IMG/VR virus record: IMGVR_UViG_3300005613_000061
Span: 1 to 63,788 of that record
Length of the DNA: 63,788 nt
Reading direction: 5' to 3' (one strand)
From: a virus
Lineage: Duplodnaviria > Caudoviricetes
Shown piece by piece: positions 25,757 to 34,452 of this stretch; position 1 is the stretch's first letter, and each line of letters starts with the position of its first letter. Under the pieces are notes generated by a model that worked only from the letters and a program-made list of their open reading frames with translations, did no database searches and had not been told where the DNA came from. The translations under genes and the position numbers were made by a program.

Positions 25757-28708
25757 ATGAAAAAATTTATTGCATGGTTACTTATTTTATCACTTTGCTT
25801 ATACAATACTCCTGCATTTGCGGGAAATATTCAAGACACAATGGGCAAAAAAGCCGTAGAAAATATTATAGCGAATTATGATGGAGTATCTACGGCAGAA
25901 AAATTCTTAAATACGAATACGGTATCTTTCTCAGACGGGGATACGACGCCTTCGGTAAATACTGGAAATATTTTTCTAACTACTAATACCGGAGCCACCA
26001 CCGTAACCGATTTTGAAGATGGTACGGATACCCAAAAACTTTCTATTAATTTTGGAGATGTAAATACTACTATACAACATGGCGCCAACATAGTTTTACA
26101 AGGAGCAGCAGATTTTACGGGACAAGCGGGAGATTCCGTATCTTTTGTACATGTGAACGGACAATGGCGTGAAGTTGGACGAAGTGGCGCAGTTCCCGGA
26201 GCAACATATAAAGTAAAAGTTTCAGGAGTAGATACTACCGCCAATTATTTATCTACAAAATTGACAGGAAGTAATGGTATTAAATATGCCGCATCTGGCG
26301 CAGGCAATGAAACTTTGGATATTTATCTTGATTATAATACAGACAATTTAAAGATTACATCAACGGAACTAAATACTATTCAAGATATAACTACAACTGA
26401 TACACCCACATTTAATAGACTTATTCTTAGTAGTGCGCCTACAAGCGGTAGTCATGCAACAACGAAAGACTATGTGGATACTGCTATTCAGGGGTTAGAT
26501 TGGCAAGAAAGTGTAAAAAGTTTTTTAAACTTTGTAACAAGTGAGCCAGTAGCTCCCGGAACAGGCGATAGACATATAAATACAACTACAGGAACATCCT
26601 CAGAAACTAGTCAAAGCGTCACCGCAAATTATATATATGAATGGAATGGCGCAAGTTGGACAGAAACAGCGGTAGTAGAGGGAGAAGCAGTATGGAACGA
26701 AGATGATAATGTATTATATGTTTTTAATGGGTCTGATTGGGTAAGATTCGGAGCAACTATGAGTCATAATCTTACCACGGGAAAACAAGGCGGAACTGTA
26801 GACGAATATTATCATCTAACATCTACAGAATATGGAGGTAATTGGGGAGTAAAAAGTCTACAATCTACAGGAACTTTACAGATTGGAAATACTACTATTG
26901 GTTCAGGTGTAGCAGATACAGACTATACTTTAACGTTTAATGGCGAAGACAATGACGGAGTATTTACATTTATGGAAGATGAAAATAGGCTTGATTTTGA
27001 TAGCGATTTTAAAGTTACAGGCACTATAAATGGTACTACTGATGTACAAGTTAATGGAGTCAGCGTTCTAACGTCAGAAGTTGACGGAGATGTAACTAAC
27101 GAAATAAATACGATTACAGCAGATGATGCTGGTACTACTGCAGGACTTGCTATTACACTAGCAGGCGCTGGAATTTCTACAACTTCTAGGTCCGGCGATA
27201 CTATTACAGTAACTTCAACAGAGGTTGATGGTAGTACAACAAATGAAATAAATACTATTACGGCAGATGATGCGGGTACTACAACAGGTTTAGGAATTAC
27301 TATTGCTGGTGGAGGTATAAATGCTACTACACGTTCCGGCGATACTATTACCGTAACCGGTACTGAAGTGGATGGAAGTACTAGTAATGAAATTAACACA
27401 ATAACCGCAGATGATGCTGGCACTACTAGTGGTTTAGCTATCACGTTAGCAGGAGCAGGAATTGCCGAAACAAGTAGTCTTGGAGATACTATTACGGTTA
27501 CGGCTACTGAAGTTGATGGCAGTACAACAAACGAAATTAATACAATTACAGCCGACGATGCTGGTACTACTAGTGGTTTAGCCATTACTGTAGCCGGCGG
27601 AGGGATTAATACCACTACACGTTCTGGTGACACAATAACTGTAACTGGAACAGAAGTTGATGGGAGTACTTCTAATGAGATTAATACAATTACAGCGGAT
27701 GACGCAGGCACTACAAATGGCTTAGCTATTACGATAGCTGGCGGAGGCATAAACGCTACTACGAGGTCAGGCGATACGATTACTGTAACTGGTACAGAGG
27801 TAGACGGAAGTACAACAAACGAAATTAACACTATTACCGCAGACGATGCTGGAACAACTTCTGGACTAGCCGTAACTCTTGCAGGAGCGGGAATTAGTAC
27901 TACGTCTAGGTCAGGTGATACTATAACTGTAACAAGTACAGAAGCGGACACATTGGCAACAGTTACAGGACGTGGGGCAAGTACAACTACATCTCTTACT
28001 ATAGGTAGTAGCACAATAGGAGAAGGAGCCGCCGGAGTTGATTATACATTAACTTTTGACGGGGATGATGCCGACGGTGTTGTAACCTTCGACGAAGATT
28101 TAGCAAAGTTTATTTTTGACCAAGATGCACAAGTTACCGGCACTATTAACGGTACCGTAGATGTTCAAGTAAACGGAACAAGTGTATTAACAACAGACGC
28201 AGTTTTAGACTCATTAAATAATGTTGCGGCAATGTCAGAAGCAAATGGAGACATTCTTTATTATAACAGTGATTGGAAAAACTTAGCCAAAGCAAGTGAT
28301 GGGGATATATTAACTTTAGCTTCTGGATTACCTAGTTGGTATACTCCGGCAACAAAGGCATTTAGTTTTACTATAGCAAAGCCATTGGATTTAGATGAGT
28401 CAGATACTTTCCCAGTTTGGGTAAATAGAACAGGGAAAACTTTTACTATTTCAGCAATTTATAGCAATAGTGACACGGACGACACAGCATTTACTTTGAA
28501 AGAGGTAAATGACCATACAGATTTTACGGATTTAACGACTATAGAAGCGATAACAATTAATACAGATGGCACAGGCGTATATTATAATGATTTAACGTCA
28601 GGCATTGACCACACAGTTATCGAGACAACACATTTAATAGTGTTTGATAACGATGCGGCCGACGACCCAGACTATGTTAATGTAACAGTAGTTGGAAGTT
28701 TAAGTTAA
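25757..28708 (+). CDS. signal-peptide-bearing long fibre protein (DUF2793-like domain plus repeats)
   Basis: MKKFIAWLLILSLCLYNTPAFA signal; HATTKDYVD fibre motif; GDRH...IYEWNGASW...LYVFNGSDW; six 48-aa repeats. Confidence 0.7.
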   Translation: MKKFIAWLLILSLCLYNTPAFAGNIQDTMGKKAVENIIANYDGVSTAEKFLNTNTVSFSDGDTTPSVNTGNIFLTTNTGATTVTDFEDGTDTQKLSINFGDVNTTIQHGANIVLQGAADFTGQAGDSVSFVHVNGQWREVGRSGAVPGATYKVKVSGVDTTANYLSTKLTGSNGIKYAASGAGNETLDIYLDYNTDNLKITSTELNTIQDITTTDTPTFNRLILSSAPTSGSHATTKDYVDTAIQGLDWQESVKSFLNFVTSEPVAPGTGDRHINTTTGTSSETSQSVTANYIYEWNGASWTETAVVEGEAVWNEDDNVLYVFNGSDWVRFGATMSHNLTTGKQGGTVDEYYHLTSTEYGGNWGVKSLQSTGTLQIGNTTIGSGVADTDYTLTFNGEDNDGVFTFMEDENRLDFDSDFKVTGTINGTTDVQVNGVSVLTSEVDGDVTNEINTITADDAGTTAGLAITLAGAGISTTSRSGDTITVTSTEVDGSTTNEINTITADDAGTTTGLGITIAGGGINATTRSGDTITVTGTEVDGSTSNEINTITADDAGTTSGLAITLAGAGIAETSSLGDTITVTATEVDGSTTNEINTITADDAGTTSGLAITVAGGGINTTTRSGDTITVTGTEVDGSTSNEINTITADDAGTTNGLAITIAGGGINATTRSGDTITVTGTEVDGSTTNEINTITADDAGTTSGLAVTLAGAGISTTSRSGDTITVTSTEADTLATVTGRGASTTTSLTIGSSTIGEGAAGVDYTLTFDGDDADGVVTFDEDLAKFIFDQDAQVTGTINGTVDVQVNGTSVLTTDAVLDSLNNVAAMSEANGDILYYNSDWKNLAKASDGDILTLASGLPSWYTPATKAFSFTIAKPLDLDESDTFPVWVNRTGKTFTISAIYSNSDTDDTAFTLKEVNDHTDFTDLTTIEAITINTDGTGVYYNDLTSGIDHTVIETTHLIVFDNDAADDPDYVNVTVVGSLS
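27077..27940 (+). repeat. six tandem 144-bp (48-aa) coding repeats
   Basis: unit EVDGSTTNEINTITADDAGTTSGLAITLAGAGISTTSRSGDTITVTST, six copies. Confidence 0.95.
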
Positions 28709-28738
28709 AACAAATAAAATAACAAAAGGAGAAGTAAG

Positions 28739-29152
28739 ATGAAAAAAATACTCGCAATGATTTTAATGACGGCATTAATAGCTACTTCATTGATTGCTAC
28801 ACCGTTGTATGCTCAAGAAGAAGATGTTTCCGAAAGCGGAGTAATTGACGTAGTAGAACCAGAGCCGACTCTTAATTATGTTTTTAGAGAAGTCAACTTA
28901 AGTAAATTGAGTAAGTTTATTGATTTAAGAAATGAGTTAAATGCGGCAAAGAACGTTTTAATTCAAGCTGCTATTGACATAAGTAAAGCCAAAGCAAAAG
29001 TACAAAAGAAATTTACAGAAGTTGCAGTGCAGTTAGATGGCGTCACAATAACTAAATTTCAAAATCGTTTTGCAGAAGTTGAGCAAATTAATGCTTCAAT
29101 AGACACTTTAATAGAGGAGTTAAACAATGACTGGAACGACTATAATGCGTAA
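28739..29152 (+). CDS. signal-peptide-bearing alpha-helical protein
   Basis: MKKILAMILMTALIATSLIATPLYA signal; AAGGAG RBS. Confidence 0.7.
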   Translation: MKKILAMILMTALIATSLIATPLYAQEEDVSESGVIDVVEPEPTLNYVFREVNLSKLSKFIDLRNELNAAKNVLIQAAIDISKAKAKVQKKFTEVAVQLDGVTITKFQNRFAEVEQINASIDTLIEELNNDWNDYNA

Positions 29153-29957
29153 GCTATTTTTAGCAATACTCATAAGTTTTGTTTTATGCTCTATCAATAT
29201 TTCACCGGTAGCTGCGGCAGGATTAGATGCAGACACTAATTTATTATTACATTTAAACGGGACTGATGGAAGTACTACTATGCCAGATAGTTCGATAACT
29301 AATAATAAAGGTAATGCTACAGTAACTCTTAATGCGGAATTAGACACCACATATAAGAAATTTGGAACGGCAGCATTATTATTAGATAACACAAATAGTT
29401 ATATATCCTACGCAGATAGTTCAGATTGGGATGTATTTGCCAACACGGTAGATGACTGGACTATAGACTTATGGGTAAGACATGCACAATTACCATCTAA
29501 TGAAGATTGGTACTTTTATCACGAGGAAGATTCATCTAATAACTGGAGATTTAGACGTGCCGGAGGCGTAGCAGGAGCAACAAATTTTCGTTTAAAAGTA
29601 GGAAATGTTTATACTCTATCTCTAAGTGGAGCCGGAATAACAGATACAGACTGGCATCATGTTTGTCTTGTAAAGAAAGGAAATGAATATGGGTTATACC
29701 TAGATGGCGTTCAAGGAGGATACGTACAAAGTAATGAGGTAGGAAATTTTACCGGCTCGTTATATATTGGTAAACCGGATACTACAAATTATTTTGATGG
29801 TAGTATAGATGAACCAAGAATACAGCACTCTAACTATTTTAATGCGGCACCTAATGTAGGTTTAACCGATACAATAACTGTACCGATAGCAGAGTATAGT
29901 GCAGATACGCCAACAAGTATGTCGCAATTAATAATAACAACTTTATTTGATTATTAG
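29127..29957 (+). CDS. signal-peptide-bearing LamG/concanavalin A-like lectin
   Basis: MRKLFLAILISFVLCSINISPVAA signal; LLLHLNGTDGST, WTIDLWV, WHHVCLV, LYLDG, FDGSIDEPRI. Confidence 0.8.
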   Translation: MTGTTIMRKLFLAILISFVLCSINISPVAAAGLDADTNLLLHLNGTDGSTTMPDSSITNNKGNATVTLNAELDTTYKKFGTAALLLDNTNSYISYADSSDWDVFANTVDDWTIDLWVRHAQLPSNEDWYFYHEEDSSNNWRFRRAGGVAGATNFRLKVGNVYTLSLSGAGITDTDWHHVCLVKKGNEYGLYLDGVQGGYVQSNEVGNFTGSLYIGKPDTTNYFDGSIDEPRIQHSNYFNAAPNVGLTDTITVPIAEYSADTPTSMSQLIITTLFDY

Positions 29958-29972
29958 AAAGGTCGCAATGCC

Positions 29973-30236
29973 ATGTTAAAAAAATTAGTGACAGGAATAC
30001 ATTTAAGACGTTTATCCAAGAACTTGAATGCATTGTTAGCCAAGGTAGTAAAATTACCCACCCAACAAATGTTAAAGTTTTACGATATTACATGGAATGG
30101 CGTATCTAAGACATTGATAGGCGTAAGCGAAAAAGTATTTACGCCAGAGAATTGTAAAGTAATAACAGAAGCGCTAATCTCTTATTATACTAAAGAACAG
30201 AATGGTGCAGGAGTAGAATTTAAGAAAAAATTTTAA
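29973..30236 (+). CDS. hypothetical protein
   Basis: ORF in the structural operon. Confidence 0.55.
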   Translation: MLKKLVTGIHLRRLSKNLNALLAKVVKLPTQQMLKFYDITWNGVSKTLIGVSEKVFTPENCKVITEALISYYTKEQNGAGVEFKKKF

Positions 30237-30252
30237 AGGAGTTGTTATAGAT

Positions 30253-32016
30253 ATGACAACGAAGAGAGAAAGACTATACAGACTATTAGACATTATTGAA
30301 GAGTTTGAGGATAATATACGTTACGGTGTGGCGTACAGGCCCTTCAATAATGTTGTTTCATCTAAAAAAGAGGCGTTAGTTAATTACGACAAAGAAGAAG
30401 CAGAGATAATACGTCTTGTACGAAAGTACCAACGAGATTTAGTAGCCGCAGGTATTTCCTCACTTATTCAAGCCTTTAAGAAGAACATCACAAAAAATAC
30501 CGAATTATTTAAGGCATGGGACTACGAGATATTTCAAAAGTGGCAAGAAGATTTAGGCGCCAAGATTCCAGCCATACAAGAAAATTTTAAAAATAAAATG
30601 ATAGTTCCTTTAACTATATCATATGGCAAAGGTTACAACAAGGGTATAGAAGATTTGGGATTTGAGCCTATGCCGGAAAGAAGTTGGTTTTATCTTCCCG
30701 GACACGCAGTACCACGTTTGACCGCTCTAAAAATGTCATGGTACATTAGTAGAAAAGTATCATTAGACATGGTAGACATTATCATGGATGGTATGCGTGA
30801 AGGGTTAAATGGTAGAGAAATAGGAAGAAATTTACGTAAAGTAAGTACTGCTCCGAAAGTAGTAAACGTAGCTCCTAAAGTAGTTGATGGTGTCGTAACA
30901 AGAAAAGGTTACTCGTATACAATACCAAATAGACGCTGGACAGAAATGATAGGACGTACAGAAGCAAACCGTGCCACCACAATGGGAAGAGTAGAAAGTT
31001 ATAATACAAGTAAAATGGTTAAAAGTTTAGAACATATTACAGCAGGGGACAAACGAGTATGTCCAATATGTGAGCCATTAGACGGAAAAGTATATACATT
31101 AGCCGAAGCAGGAAAAGCAATTCCAGTTCATGTTATGTGTAGATGTACCGTAGAAGTACATGAGTATTACTCAGATGCGAAGCCAGAAAAGGCAGAAGAG
31201 AATTTTAAATTGGATGACGTTGATAGAACTATAAATACGGCTCCGATTAGCTGGGGTAATGCTCCATTGGTTCGCTGGAATACTAGAACTAGAACTTTAG
31301 CCGAAGATATGAAAAGATATGAACGACATTTAAAGGCACGGGGTCTTAACACCGTAAAAGGTCGGAAGCAAGTATATGAAAGATTAGAGAAGCAGTTATA
31401 TGATTTAAAAGTTACTCAGTTAAAGGGGTTTAAGAGTGCAGATATTAGAAGACTATATACAATGCACACAGTTAAAAATACACGACATGAGATAGCACGA
31501 AATATTATAGGAAAAGATAGAATAAAGCCTACCACTATTGAGTTAAAGAAAGAATATAAAAGAGTACCACGAGCATACGCTAGTACTACCACAAATAAAT
31601 TTAATAGATTTGGGGGTCAAGGATATGATAGCGCATATCAATTAGAATTATATAGTAAAAACTCATTTAGACCAGAAAGAACCGTGTTAAATTTACAACA
31701 CTCTATAGCACATGAAATGGGCCATCAACTACACTATGAATCTTCAAAAGATTTTATTAAAACATGGGGCGAAGAGTTTTTACGTACAAAGGAAAACGTA
31801 AAAGTTCTTAGTTGGAAGCCTTATATTATAGAAGGAGAGACTATAGGGAAACAGCCTATTATGAACCTAAGAGAGGCAGGATTTGTTACTAACTATGCCA
31901 CCGTAAAACATACGGAAGACTTTGCAGAATCTTTTGCTACATATGTATATAATCCGAATGATTTAAAATTGGCGAGTTCACGTAAGTATAAATTAATGAA
32001 AGATTTTGTAGAGTAA
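30253..32016 (+). CDS. MuF/SPP1 gp7-like head morphogenesis protein fused to a C-terminal zinc metallopeptidase
   Basis: IGRTEANRA, DKRVCPICEPLDG, PVHVMCRC (MuF); AHEMGH...VTNYA...EDFAESF (zincin). Confidence 0.88.
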   Translation: MTTKRERLYRLLDIIEEFEDNIRYGVAYRPFNNVVSSKKEALVNYDKEEAEIIRLVRKYQRDLVAAGISSLIQAFKKNITKNTELFKAWDYEIFQKWQEDLGAKIPAIQENFKNKMIVPLTISYGKGYNKGIEDLGFEPMPERSWFYLPGHAVPRLTALKMSWYISRKVSLDMVDIIMDGMREGLNGREIGRNLRKVSTAPKVVNVAPKVVDGVVTRKGYSYTIPNRRWTEMIGRTEANRATTMGRVESYNTSKMVKSLEHITAGDKRVCPICEPLDGKVYTLAEAGKAIPVHVMCRCTVEVHEYYSDAKPEKAEENFKLDDVDRTINTAPISWGNAPLVRWNTRTRTLAEDMKRYERHLKARGLNTVKGRKQVYERLEKQLYDLKVTQLKGFKSADIRRLYTMHTVKNTRHEIARNIIGKDRIKPTTIELKKEYKRVPRAYASTTTNKFNRFGGQGYDSAYQLELYSKNSFRPERTVLNLQHSIAHEMGHQLHYESSKDFIKTWGEEFLRTKENVKVLSWKPYIIEGETIGKQPIMNLREAGFVTNYATVKHTEDFAESFATYVYNPNDLKLASSRKYKLMKDFVE

Positions 32017-32052
32017 TAGGGTATAATATAATATAATATAGGAGACTATAAG

Positions 32053-32355
32053 ATGCCAAAAAAGAAAGACATATATTTAATACGTAATGAAGCCGTCGTA
32101 ACGGTAACCGTTGAAAATAATAGAGTTACGAAGTATGACGGAGACGAGGCCATAATTGATATAGTTAAGCCTATGTTTGAGACTCCTTTGTTAACTATTG
32201 GGGGAGAAGAGAGTAAAGGCGAAGACGGCGTAAATAGAAATATTACGTACGATATAGTTCTAGAGCCAGGCGATAAAGAATTTATACAAGCAGTAATGTT
32301 AGAGAGAATATTTCCGGCTGAAATAAGCGTGGCGACCGATGTATCAGCAAATTAA
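32053..32355 (+). CDS. acidic protein after MuF, possible immunity/partner
   Basis: own AGGGTATAAT and GGAG RBS; position. Confidence 0.6.
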   Translation: MPKKKDIYLIRNEAVVTVTVENNRVTKYDGDEAIIDIVKPMFETPLLTIGGEESKGEDGVNRNITYDIVLEPGDKEFIQAVMLERIFPAEISVATDVSAN

Positions 32356-32554
32356 ATGTCCGTCATGTGGAAATAGTTATGATTTATACTTAGAGAATTT
32401 AGAAATAATAGATTTTTTTACAGTAACCATATTTGAAAAGTGTTCTATATGCGACGTAATACTTACAATCAAGTTGAGAATGAGACCGACCAATAAGATT
32501 GATATAGTACATCTTTCTAGTCATAATGAAAATTATGGGAATAGTAGAAGATAA
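32339..32554 (+). CDS. zinc-ribbon protein
   Basis: CPSCG...CSIC. Confidence 0.5.
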   Translation: MYQQIKCPSCGNSYDLYLENLEIIDFFTVTIFEKCSICDVILTIKLRMRPTNKIDIVHLSSHNENYGNSRR

Positions 32555-32805
32555 TGAAAAAGAAGTTAGAAGACTATAAAAGACAATTAAATGAATTATT
32601 TGTATTACGAGATATATACTTTACTTTAAAGACAAGTGCAGGACGCATTAGTGATTTTGAAGATACTCACGACTTATTACCAGAAGTTAAGGAAAGTTTA
32701 GATAAGATATTGACCGTGTTAGACAACGTTGAACATGAGTTAATAGCGGATATATCGAAATTAAAGGATAAGATAGATAATGATTACAAGAAAAGAGAAG
32801 ATTAA
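32554..32805 (+). CDS. hypothetical helical protein
   Basis: TAATG coupling. Confidence 0.55.
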   Translation: MKKKLEDYKRQLNELFVLRDIYFTLKTSAGRISDFEDTHDLLPEVKESLDKILTVLDNVEHELIADISKLKDKIDNDYKKRED

Positions 32806-32986
32806 AAATATTTGTAAGAAATTATATATGATATGGTATAAAAATCCGTCTTTAGGATTGGGAGCATTAATAACTATCTTATATGGACGTGCTGGTAAGG
32901 GCACAAAAGAGATAATAGATATACGAGATTATGATTTTGAAAAAGAATTAGATTTGGAGATTGAAAATGCACGAAATAAAATTTAA
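32780..32986 (+). CDS. hypothetical protein
   Basis: WYKNPSLGLG motif, overlap packing. Confidence 0.5.
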   Translation: MITRKEKIKNICKKLYMIWYKNPSLGLGALITILYGRAGKGTKEIIDIRDYDFEKELDLEIENARNKI

Positions 32987-33167
32987 GTGTGAGAACTGTA
33001 AAGAACATATTAGTATACAAGGAACTACACGTAAAGTTTGTCCGAAATGCGGGTACGATAACGATACTAAAAAAGAGATAGAGAATAATATACATGTACC
33101 ATTGAAAGACCCTAAAAAGGCAAAAAATAGTCTTTTAAAATACTTAGGAAACATTCTATCTTTTTAA
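32967..33167 (+). CDS. zinc-ribbon protein
   Basis: CENC...CPKCG. Confidence 0.55.
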   Translation: MHEIKFKCENCKEHISIQGTTRKVCPKCGYDNDTKKEIENNIHVPLKDPKKAKNSLLKYLGNILSF

Positions 33168-33181
33168 CAAAGGAATATAAC

Positions 33182-33406
33182 ATGGGTTATAATATGGGAA
33201 TTAGACAAGCCGGAAAAGGCGACAAACTTAGACCAAAAGCTAAGATACTAGATAAGAATATTTTATTAACAAATGAGAGGTCTAGGAAGAAAAAAGACGG
33301 ACACTGTAATTTATGTGATAAACGTATATATCGTAGTTTCACCGTTTGTATAGAGGGAAAGACCATCACCGTCGGCAAATGTTGTAAGAGTAAATTATAT
33401 AAATAA
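33182..33406 (+). CDS. small Cys-rich basic protein
   Basis: AAGGA RBS; CNLC...GKCC. Confidence 0.55.
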   Translation: MGYNMGIRQAGKGDKLRPKAKILDKNILLTNERSRKKKDGHCNLCDKRIYRSFTVCIEGKTITVGKCCKSKLYK

Positions 33407-33500
33407 ATCTTCATAATATCATATACAAATATGCTAAAAAGTAAAATATGACTATTGTAAAACATTCTTTATTATACAGCATATTTTTAAAGGAGAGTGT

Positions 33501-33722
33501 ATGGAACTAGAAATGTCTCAAATACTAGTAGCTTTACATATTGCCGGCATACTTATAACGTGCAGCGGTTTTATTATGATTAAATTTAATGATTTAAGAC
33601 ATCTTGCAAAAGATTTTAAACGTGTAGAAGTCAAATTAGAGAGCCTAGAAAAAGCCGTTAATAAGAATACAACAAATTTAGCTACGATAGAAACCCGATG
33701 TAAAGAAAGGCATAATCAATAA
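33501..33722 (+). CDS. single-TM coiled-coil protein, holin/XhlA-like candidate
   Basis: N-terminal TM helix then heptads; AAGGAG RBS. Confidence 0.45.
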   Translation: MELEMSQILVALHIAGILITCSGFIMIKFNDLRHLAKDFKRVEVKLESLEKAVNKNTTNLATIETRCKERHNQ

Positions 33723-33727
33723 GGCAC

Positions 33728-34390
33728 ATGATAATTCAAGTACTAGAACATAGTATACGAAAAACTGAGCCATGTATATTGTTGAATAAGAACATTTTAA
33801 TAAATATGCCAGCCCTAACAAAAAGTATCGAGGTTGACCACATACTACTTACTCATGCTCATCAAGAAAATATAAAAGGCTTTAATCAAATACTAAAAAA
33901 AGAAAAGGGATTAACTCAGTTATACGTACATAAAGACCACGAACACGCCTTATTACACAATACTGCGAATTTAACCGACAAATGCATAATCAAAAATATA
34001 ACTCCAAATAAGAAATTTAAAATAGACGGCATAACGATACAGCCAATACATGTACGTCATACGGTACAAAAGAGTCATTCAGATATATGCCTCGCATTTC
34101 TTATAGATAAACGCATAATGTACTGTAGTCCCTGTAACGATATACCAAAAAAGAATTTAAAATATTTTAAAAATTTAAATGTACTGATTCTAGACGGCGG
34201 TTATCGAGGAAAAGCCAAATACGATGACCACCTATCCATGAATAAGATATTAAGTATTGTTAAAGATTTTAATATAAAATACCTATATTTTCTCGGAACA
34301 CACAAAGACTATAGCATAAAAGGCAAAATGCGTAATAGAAAGACGTATATAGATACGTTATTTACTGGAGATATAATAAAAGTAAAATAA
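33728..34390 (+). CDS. metallo-beta-lactamase-fold protein (PhnP-like), degenerate
   Basis: ILLTHAHQEN (canonical HxHxDH), HVRH, LILDG, HLS. Confidence 0.7.
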   Translation: MIIQVLEHSIRKTEPCILLNKNILINMPALTKSIEVDHILLTHAHQENIKGFNQILKKEKGLTQLYVHKDHEHALLHNTANLTDKCIIKNITPNKKFKIDGITIQPIHVRHTVQKSHSDICLAFLIDKRIMYCSPCNDIPKKNLKYFKNLNVLILDGGYRGKAKYDDHLSMNKILSIVKDFNIKYLYFLGTHKDYSIKGKMRNRKTYIDTLFTGDIIKVK

Positions 34391-34406
34391 TATTTATATA
34401 TAGTAT

Positions 34407-34417
34407 TCTTTATAATA
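34407..34417 (+). promoter_or_regulatory. TCTTTATAATA motif, candidate late promoter
   Basis: identical copy at 43066-43076 and variant at 33466-33476, all intergenic in the structural region. Confidence 0.4.
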
Positions 34418-34452
34418 GATTATATTGTCCATTCAACCAATACGGAGGTTTT

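Noticed and set aside
27077-27940. Regular 144-bp periodicity as a possible CRISPR array or DGR template/variable pair
   Set aside because: Repeats are in-frame coding units with synonymous variation; no unique spacers, no adenine-specific pattern, no reverse transcriptase or cas gene in the window
26923-28014. 363-aa minus-strand ORF with repeats
   Set aside because: Antisense shadow of the Thr/Gly/Ala-rich fibre repeats; no RBS and against the uniform + strand orientation
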